A DNA stretch of 24,000 nucleotides from Neptunomonas concharum (GTDB lineage Bacteria > Pseudomonadota > Gammaproteobacteria > Pseudomonadales > Balneatricaceae): contig NZ_CP043869.1 in the NCBI RefSeq assembly GCF_008630635.1, positions 2,207,160-2,231,159 of the forward strand, written 5' to 3'. The notes beneath the pieces are model-generated. The model was given only the letters and a program-made list of their open reading frames with translations. It searched no databases and was not told where the DNA came from. Both the position numbers and the translations under genes were made by a program. Shown in pieces: positions 17,807-24,000 of the stretch. Positions within the stretch are counted from its first letter, which is position 1; each line of letters opens with the position of its first letter.

Positions 17807-20800
17807 TTAATAACCTTCTTGAATTTCCTGAATATCACCCACTCCCAAGCCTATGAACTTATCCTGCAACGATAAAATACGATCAATCAACTCAATATCG
17901 TCACTCATATCAGCTTCTTGCAACATAACCTTTAAAGCAACAACAAGGTCATCTGAGCGATAGAAATGAACAGGCTCATCTGCTTGAGAGAGCCTATCTA
18001 ATAAAACTTCAAATATCTCAAGAACACCTAAAAAGTCATACATAACATAGATACTTGCCCAGACCAGTAAACCATCAAAGTCTCTATAATTATTCACCGG
18101 ACAGTGTCTGACAAACTTGGTTGCCAGAGAAATTGGCACCACTTTTGATATATCTCTCTTGGACATTTCTAAATCAAGATTAGTATAAATCTCAGCTACA
18201 TCACTGTTATCAAATAACCGTAAAAGACCTTTAATACACTTACCTTTTTGCTTGGTAGAAATAAGGTTGTGTGAGAAAACCTGCCCAATACCTACCCAAC
18301 AACCGTTTGTAGAAGCAGAAGCAGCTTTTTCAAACAGCTCATCTTCTGTTAAATGTCCGGCAAAATAACTTAGAGCAGCTAATCTACCCCAAGCTTCATG
18401 GCAATCTTCACTATTAGAAGTAAGGTATTGATTAAGGTAAGGATCAACTTTCTCAAAGCTTTGCGAGTATTGGTAATACAGACTCTGCTCAAGTTCTTTC
18501 CACAGTAACGAATCACTACCGCTAAACAAATTGTCTAACAGCTCCCAACCCAAACCAGGAACCCGTGAATGAAAGTAAGGAAACCTGCGCGCGAAACCAG
18601 CCCTAACAGGCATAGCTGCATCTTTTGAGTAGCGAGCCAATAAATCTATCAGCTCTTGTGGCAGGTTCTTTTCTTGATCTATAAGTCGGTTACTTATAAC
18701 CAACACTGATTCAGCAGCTATACCCCTAACGGAGTTAATCGCTGCTCCCATCAGTCCCATACTAGATACGTCTTTATCTACCTCAAGACTACTTGACGTC
18801 GATAAAACCCAAAGCTGGAAGCACAGTCTATCAATTTCGTTGTCAGTCTCAAGAATAAAGCTACAGGCTTGAACAGCATGGGTTAGACAATATCCTCTTT
18901 TATCTAATCCACCATACTTTTCAATCAACCCAAGAAGATTAAGTGCTAACGCATATCCGTCAGGGAGAGGATCTATTTTTCGCCAATCTTGATGTGAAGA
19001 ATTACCAAAGCGGGAGTTTAAATGATCTGATATACCTTCCAGTATCGATACAATGTATTTTCTGGAAAGACCTTCCTGAACGATACGTTCGATCAGCGGT
19101 AGAAACCGTATAGGCTCCAGAGTTGCTGCAGTCTTTAACGATTGAGTGATACTCTCCATATCTCCGAGGAGACGTGCACCCACCCGATCAGCAAAAGAAT
19201 AATAACCATCATAATGCCGAAGGACCTTAATCATCCACTCACTACTAAACTCTCTCAACGTGTCAGAAGATACAGGTGGAGAGACAACTCCCCCTATCGA
19301 ACTTTTATCTGGCTCCGCTCTTAAAACACCAAACCATGGAGAGTGTTTATCTATGATCTGAACAGCCTTTGTATTTCGGAAAATAGAAGGGATACAGACC
19401 AATAGCTCATATTTTTTTTCATCAATCCAATTCTCTTCACCATCATCGGAGTGCATTTCAAGCACGATTCTTTGGTATTGATCTTGTATTTCATCGGTTA
19501 AGTAAGGAAAAGAACAGCTTACTAATTCTGAAATCTCGTACCCAAACGAACCAAACTTTAGCAAGTCGGGATCTGTCAGTTGTCTAGAAATGCCATCGAG
19601 GTTATCAAGTACATTAAGCTTATATAGTTCTAGAAGAAGATAGCGAAGACCAAACTCAGGACTAGAACGAATCCTCTGCTGGAAATCATGCCACAACGCA
19701 TCACCACCAGCCTCTACCCTCACTCTCAAAGCCTTCTCAACAGAGGTCATAAGCTCACAGAACGAGTCATGACTGTGCATTCCAGGGCCACAATGCCTCC
19801 GAGCCCAAGAAGTGTCATATAAGAGATCCACACCATACTTATATAGCCCCTCCTTACCAAACCGCTCCAGGTACGATAACGCTAATTGAAGCAACTCATC
19901 GGAGTTCTGAAGTCTTCTAGTGAGAAACTCTTCGTCTATAAACGTATGGCGATCACAATTGAGTTGTATTTCTCGCCCACGCAGTACTTCTTCAGGCGAT
20001 TTGCACCCTTTAGTGATGTATTCCCACAGTAATAGATCCCCACTATTAGTACTTTCGACATACTGGCTAATTACCTTTCCCAGACTACCTCTTTCATCAC
20101 CAGCCATATCTAAGAGGCGCTTAAGAAGGCGATAAAACTCAGGTTCGTTCCAATGCCCAAAGTCCTCAATGCCATGCCCCACAGACCATAGCAGTTGACG
20201 ATTATGCATCCACTCATCATCAATAGCTTGATGCCAAATTGTTAACAGTTCCATCGGATAAGATTTCATAAACTTGGATGCATAAAAAAAGAACTTCGTT
20301 AACAACCCCCCATCTGCATCAACATTCATCCTTGGTAACCATAAGCTTTCAAGAAGTTCAAACCACTCATTTCCCTTCGCGGTATCCAGAAACCGATTGA
20401 ACATTAAAGGCTGACTGCGTGATATCTTCATCAAGACCATGGCATCAGACTCTCTAGGTGTACTTTCAGCAAGAGTCTCTATTACTAAACGCTTGAGATG
20501 GGCTGCAACTTCATCAGAATTGATAAAACGTAAAAGTTGCTTGATATATTGCCTCTCATCACTCCTAAGCTGCTGAGCATATGTGCGAACAGACGGTCTA
20601 ACAAAAGGAAGTTGGGCTTGGGAAAGAACAAAATCTGTGAGGTCATTACCAGACTTAATAACCAGTCTAACGCGCATAGCATCAGCTAAGGTTTGGTGAC
20701 TAAACATCAACTGGTTTGAGGTTACACGAGTAAGGACATCAGAACTCAACAACCGCTGAATCACTGTATTTGAAAGCGATAAAATAGAATCAGAAAATTG

Positions 20801-22321
20801 ATAACTTCGATCATCGAGTAGCCTCTGAGCCAAAACCTCTAACGCAGAAACTACATCATTACCTAATAGCGGGTCTTCAGCGACAATCGTCTGGATATAA
20901 TTATCGTGCAATTCATCAGCCTGGATTACTCCAGGGGACTGCCCACGTTCAATTAAGGTATAAAACAGTTTCAAATTCTGCGGGATAATCAATAGAGTCT
21001 GAAGCTCCTTACTCAGACCATCTGGGTCTACCCCAAGTTTGATCAAGAAAGGTGCCACATCGGCATTGTAATCAAGTGATGTCAGCCGGACCTTGCTAGC
21101 CCACTGTTTCTCACGCAGCAAAGGATCATATTTCGCATCAAAGCTTCTGCATGAAGCAATCACTGTTACATTCGGAAGATTTTCTAATTCGGCTATTAAC
21201 CCTAGAAATATCGCCAAAGAATGATGACTTCTGCCTAAAGCTAAGACATCCAAGGAATCAACAATAACCGTGAACTTATGACGTGAAGAGTACCTAGAAA
21301 CCTGCGCTACCAAATCTGTGGGCAGTCCATGTTCACTCAGTTGTTCTAGACTAGTTATAGAGGCGAATAAATCCCCCCGAATAAACAAAAAATCCTTATT
21401 CGTTGAAGACTCTAAATGATCAACAACATCTAACAGCACGCAAGTTTTACCACCACCAGCGACATCTTCAAGGAGGACGGAAGATACCCCATCCTCTATG
21501 GCTTGAATTAAATCAGCACATTCTTGGCGCGCTATTTTCTCTCCCCCAATACTCCTAGACCATTGCCGTCCAATAGATGAAAACGAATGAACACCGTTTA
21601 AAAAGCTTTCCTCATTAAAGTCACAGGATAAATAAACCCCCTTAGATTCCAGACTTTTTAAAACACTTTCCCTATCAATTAGGTATTGTGGTTCACCTAG
21701 TTTGCTGTGTTGGTGGTCTATATAACTCCAAAGCAACTCATATGTAAGCGTAGGATTGGAACAGATAGGCTCTAACAACTGTATACATATTTCCCCCCAG
21801 CTATTCACTGCATTGTGTTCGCCAATCTTTATTCGCCTACACAAGAGAAAAGCTTCATTTTCATCAACAGACCAAAAATCTGACAATTTAGCTAATACGG
21901 TTTTAACATTTTTAGCGGCAACTCTCTTAAACTCAGCAACCCCCGAATAAAGACAAGCTTCTTCAATAAATCGTTGAAAAACACCAAAAGGTGTACGGGA
22001 ATAGAAATAAAAGAGGCAGTTAGGGTCCACTGTTAACTGTTTCTTGGCTGATAATAGTTCTTCTTTTAAGACACTGTCCGATAGTCTCCAAAAGTGATGA
22101 TCTGCCTGATTCACTTTGGCCTGAATATAAGTTCTATTCCTATCTTTACTGATAAGAACAATATCATCGCCATAAACAAGCTCTGTCTCTTCTGGCAAGC
22201 CTACTGAATCAACCTGAACTGAAATTATTTCATCCTTCGTCAGCATCTTAACGATCCAGTAAACAGCTACAGACCGTTGATATGCATCTCCTCTATTTGA
22301 TCGGATACCAGCAAGACTCAT
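17807..22321 (-). CDS. Large tripartite protein: N-terminal Cap4/DUF4297-like PD-(D/E)xK nuclease motif, central NACHT/STAND-like P-loop NTPase, and an uncharacterised C-terminal region of about 1100 aa. Candidate single-gene NLR/Avs-like antiphage defence protein.
   Basis: Uninterrupted 1504-codon ORF. Residues 11-70 read GDAYQ...VQVDS...GDDIVL...YIQAKV. Walker A is DVAGGGKT (K292), Walker B is TVIVDSLDV (D355), and an IASCRS motif carries R392. The remainder is Leu/Trp-rich and looks helical. The DNA is AT-rich and lies next to a tRNA. Confidence 0.85.
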   Translation of the reverse strand: MSLAGIRSNRGDAYQRSVAVYWIVKMLTKDEIISVQVDSVGLPEETELVYGDDIVLISKDRNRTYIQAKVNQADHHFWRLSDSVLKEELLSAKKQLTVDPNCLFYFYSRTPFGVFQRFIEEACLYSGVAEFKRVAAKNVKTVLAKLSDFWSVDENEAFLLCRRIKIGEHNAVNSWGEICIQLLEPICSNPTLTYELLWSYIDHQHSKLGEPQYLIDRESVLKSLESKGVYLSCDFNEESFLNGVHSFSSIGRQWSRSIGGEKIARQECADLIQAIEDGVSSVLLEDVAGGGKTCVLLDVVDHLESSTNKDFLFIRGDLFASITSLEQLSEHGLPTDLVAQVSRYSSRHKFTVIVDSLDVLALGRSHHSLAIFLGLIAELENLPNVTVIASCRSFDAKYDPLLREKQWASKVRLTSLDYNADVAPFLIKLGVDPDGLSKELQTLLIIPQNLKLFYTLIERGQSPGVIQADELHDNYIQTIVAEDPLLGNDVVSALEVLAQRLLDDRSYQFSDSILSLSNTVIQRLLSSDVLTRVTSNQLMFSHQTLADAMRVRLVIKSGNDLTDFVLSQAQLPFVRPSVRTYAQQLRSDERQYIKQLLRFINSDEVAAHLKRLVIETLAESTPRESDAMVLMKISRSQPLMFNRFLDTAKGNEWFELLESLWLPRMNVDADGGLLTKFFFYASKFMKSYPMELLTIWHQAIDDEWMHNRQLLWSVGHGIEDFGHWNEPEFYRLLKRLLDMAGDERGSLGKVISQYVESTNSGDLLLWEYITKGCKSPEEVLRGREIQLNCDRHTFIDEEFLTRRLQNSDELLQLALSYLERFGKEGLYKYGVDLLYDTSWARRHCGPGMHSHDSFCELMTSVEKALRVRVEAGGDALWHDFQQRIRSSPEFGLRYLLLELYKLNVLDNLDGISRQLTDPDLLKFGSFGYEISELVSCSFPYLTDEIQDQYQRIVLEMHSDDGEENWIDEKKYELLVCIPSIFRNTKAVQIIDKHSPWFGVLRAEPDKSSIGGVVSPPVSSDTLREFSSEWMIKVLRHYDGYYSFADRVGARLLGDMESITQSLKTAATLEPIRFLPLIERIVQEGLSRKYIVSILEGISDHLNSRFGNSSHQDWRKIDPLPDGYALALNLLGLIEKYGGLDKRGYCLTHAVQACSFILETDNEIDRLCFQLWVLSTSSSLEVDKDVSSMGLMGAAINSVRGIAAESVLVISNRLIDQEKNLPQELIDLLARYSKDAAMPVRAGFARRFPYFHSRVPGLGWELLDNLFSGSDSLLWKELEQSLYYQYSQSFEKVDPYLNQYLTSNSEDCHEAWGRLAALSYFAGHLTEDELFEKAASASTNGCWVGIGQVFSHNLISTKQKGKCIKGLLRLFDNSDVAEIYTNLDLEMSKRDISKVVPISLATKFVRHCPVNNYRDFDGLLVWASIYVMYDFLGVLEIFEVLLDRLSQADEPVHFYRSDDLVVALKVMLQEADMSDDIELIDRILSLQDKFIGLGVGDIQEIQEGY

Positions 22322-22423
22322 GATTCAATATTTTCCGCCAAAGGCATAAACACTTATTGGGCGACATCATATCACTGATACTTCCCTGTAAAAAATCTCA
22401 CCAGCTAAGAGGGCCTTATCTTC

Positions 22424-22443
22424 TGAGTTAACAAAAAATCTTT
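22424..22443. repeat. Right copy of the imperfect 20-bp direct repeat flanking the 1504-aa gene
   Basis: TGAGTTAACAAAAAATCTTT lies 102 nt upstream of the ORF start codon and 98 nt from the tRNA 3' end. Confidence 0.4.
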
Positions 22444-22541
22444 CGCAAATGCCCTAAATGGTTTTTCCTTAAACTTTAGGCTTTAACACAACTACTGTGA
22501 AAAATAAATCGCATAGAAAAATCGTAGGATGTGGAAACATA

Positions 22542-22617
22542 TGGTGGAGCCTAGCGGGATCGAACCGCTGACCTGTTCGCTGCCAGCGAACCGCTCTCCC
22601 AGCTGAGCTAAGGCCCC
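22542..22617 (-). tRNA. tRNA-Ala (anticodon GGC)
   Basis: The reverse complement is GGGGCCTTAGCTCAGCTGGGAGAGCGGTTCGCTGGCAGCGAACAGGTCAGCGGTTCGATCCCGCTAGGCTCCACCA. It folds as a 76-nt cloverleaf with a G3:U70 Ala identity pair, anticodon loop CT-GGC-AG, T-loop TTCGATC and an encoded CCA. Confidence 0.95.
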
Positions 22618-22662
22618 ATATAGAAAGATACACACGAGCGGTGTATCTTGTAATCGGCGCTA

Positions 22663-22691
22663 ATCATCTACATTTTTAGCGGTTGTGTCAA
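22663..22691 (-). promoter_or_regulatory. Candidate sigma70 promoter for tRNA-Ala
   Basis: The minus strand reads TTGACA, a 17-nt spacer, GATGAT, then a GC-rich discriminator TAGCGCC, as seen in stringently controlled stable-RNA promoters. It lies about 45 nt upstream of the mature tRNA 5' end. Confidence 0.45.
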
Positions 22692-22728
22692 TAGATTTTC
22701 TATTTTTGGTATAGTTTTCAAGGTGTTG

Positions 22729-24000
22729 TTATTCGTGTTTGATGCGGTTGCGCCCTTCAGCTTTTGCCGAGAACAACAGTTGATCAACCGTTGCCAGTAG
22801 TTGGGCGTAGTCTTTCTCTCCACTGGAGATGGTAACGCCCATACTCAGGGTTAGCCCTGCATGGTTTTCGTTTTTTTGCTGTTGCTCTACCAAGCTTCGT
22901 GTTTTTTCTGCCCATTTAAGTGCGCCATCTAAGCCGGTTTCTGGTAGCAGTACAACAAACTCATCTCCACCCCAGCGTGCAAACACGTCAACGTCTCTGA
23001 TTTGTGACTGTACTTGCTTAACCACGGAGAGTAATACGGTATCACCGTAGGTATGCCCAAACTGGTCATTTACTCTTTTGAATTTATCTAGGTCAAACAT
23101 CACAATGGCCATTGTGTGATCAAAACGTATGCAACGGGCGCTTTCTGCTTCGAGTTGCTTTTCAAAGCTTCTACGATTGTTGATACCTGTTAGCGGGTCT
23201 GTGGCGGCGGCTGCACGAAGCTCTTCAATTAGGCGTGCGCGCTCAGAAATATCCCGTAGTACCGCCGTCATTTCGGTGGTTTGCCCTACTCTGATTTTTG
23301 AGATGGTGACTTCTAATGGAAATTCTGTCCCATCTTGGCGCAGCCCCATTACGGATGCTCGGGTATGCATGGGGCGTGACATGACAGGTGATTCATTAAA
23401 GCCTGCAACATAGTCGTTATGCTTATGCCTAAAACGCCCCGGTAATAAGTTGACCAAAGGCATGCCAACGGCATCCTGATGCGCTATATCAAACATTTCG
23501 CCTGCGGCCTGATTAAACATTTTGATATTTTGGTCATTATCAATGGTGATGATGCCGTCGTAAGCGGAGTTAATCACCGCTTCAAAGCGTTTCATGCTGG
23601 TTTCAAGGCTTTTTTCCAGCTCTTTTTTCTCGGTGATTTCAATGCTGGTACTCAGGACGCGCACCACCTCCCCATTTCGGCTAACCAGAGGTGAGTAGTT
23701 AAAGCGCCACCAACGAGGTCGGCCATGCCGCTCTATGACGATTTCATTTTCGATAGATTTCTGGTCTTTTACACAGGTAATCAGTGCTTCTTTCACATCT
23801 TTAACGATATACCGTGGTATGACTGCATTAACGTCATGCCCAATAAGAGAGGAGACCTCGCTATCAACAATTTGCTGAAAGAGTGTATTGCCGCTGACAA
23901 AGTTGAATTTGCCGTTTTTCGCTCTCTCCCAAATAGACACCGGTGTGCCTATCGCTTCTATTTGGCTTGCCAGCTCAGAATGTGTACCACTAAGAAACAT
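22729..24000 (-). CDS. PAS-PAS-GGDEF diguanylate cyclase (5' end may lie beyond the window edge)
   Basis: At least 423 aa. It has two PAS-like segments followed by a GGDEF domain with an intact active site (RWGGDEFVVLL) and an RxxD I-site (RDVD) 5 residues upstream. The ORF reaches the window end at an ATG, so the true start is uncertain. Confidence 0.9.
   Translation of the reverse strand: MFLSGTHSELASQIEAIGTPVSIWERAKNGKFNFVSGNTLFQQIVDSEVSSLIGHDVNAVIPRYIVKDVKEALITCVKDQKSIENEIVIERHGRPRWWRFNYSPLVSRNGEVVRVLSTSIEITEKKELEKSLETSMKRFEAVINSAYDGIITIDNDQNIKMFNQAAGEMFDIAHQDAVGMPLVNLLPGRFRHKHNDYVAGFNESPVMSRPMHTRASVMGLRQDGTEFPLEVTISKIRVGQTTEMTAVLRDISERARLIEELRAAAATDPLTGINNRRSFEKQLEAESARCIRFDHTMAIVMFDLDKFKRVNDQFGHTYGDTVLLSVVKQVQSQIRDVDVFARWGGDEFVVLLPETGLDGALKWAEKTRSLVEQQQKNENHAGLTLSMGVTISSGEKDYAQLLATVDQLLFSAKAEGRNRIKHE

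Noticed and set aside
22359-22393. Possible promoter for the 1504-aa gene (minus-strand TTTACA, 15 nt, TATGAT)
   Set aside because: The 15-nt spacer is suboptimal and the region is generally AT-rich, so hexamer-like matches are expected by chance. I kept it only as a note that a promoter probably lies inside the repeat-bounded unit.
1-24000. A whole-window scan for CRISPR arrays, IS elements or transposases, integrases, rRNA and toxin-antitoxin pairs
   Set aside because: I saw no regularly spaced direct repeats, no ORF with recombinase or transposase motifs, no rRNA-like sequence, and no small adjacent gene pairs in the accessory segment.

Overview
This window looks like a gammaproteobacterial chromosomal segment; that assignment rests only on gene content (creBCD, ybiT, E. 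coli-type pyrC, purT). Most of it is ordinary housekeeping DNA. From left to right: a translationally coupled methionine-salvage operon (mtnB-mtnC-mtnD plus the first 44 codons of a small Cys-rich gene), purT, a thiamine/choline-kinase-family gene, and a TPP riboswitch directly abutting the thiBPQ thiamine importer. These are followed by pyrC, an HD-GYP phosphodiesterase with a degenerate receiver domain, the ABC-F ATPase ybiT, creB-creC-creD, monomeric NADP-isocitrate dehydrogenase, tRNA-Ala(GGC), and a partial PAS-PAS-GGDEF diguanylate cyclase. The exception is an AT-rich segment of about 4.7 kb (about 17.73-22.54 kb) between the icd terminator and the 3' end of the tRNA. It holds one 1504-aa ORF on the minus strand. 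Its N-terminus carries a Cap4/DUF4297-like PD-(D/E)xK nuclease signature. A NACHT/STAND-like P-loop NTPase module follows, and then about 1100 aa with no motif I can recognise. This matches the single-gene Avs / bacterial-NLR antiphage architecture, so it is my candidate for the novel system. An imperfect 20-bp direct repeat (17/20 identical) brackets the ORF, and no integrase or transposase is present. I saw no CRISPR array, IS element or rRNA. All functional calls come from reading the translations by eye; no searches were run.
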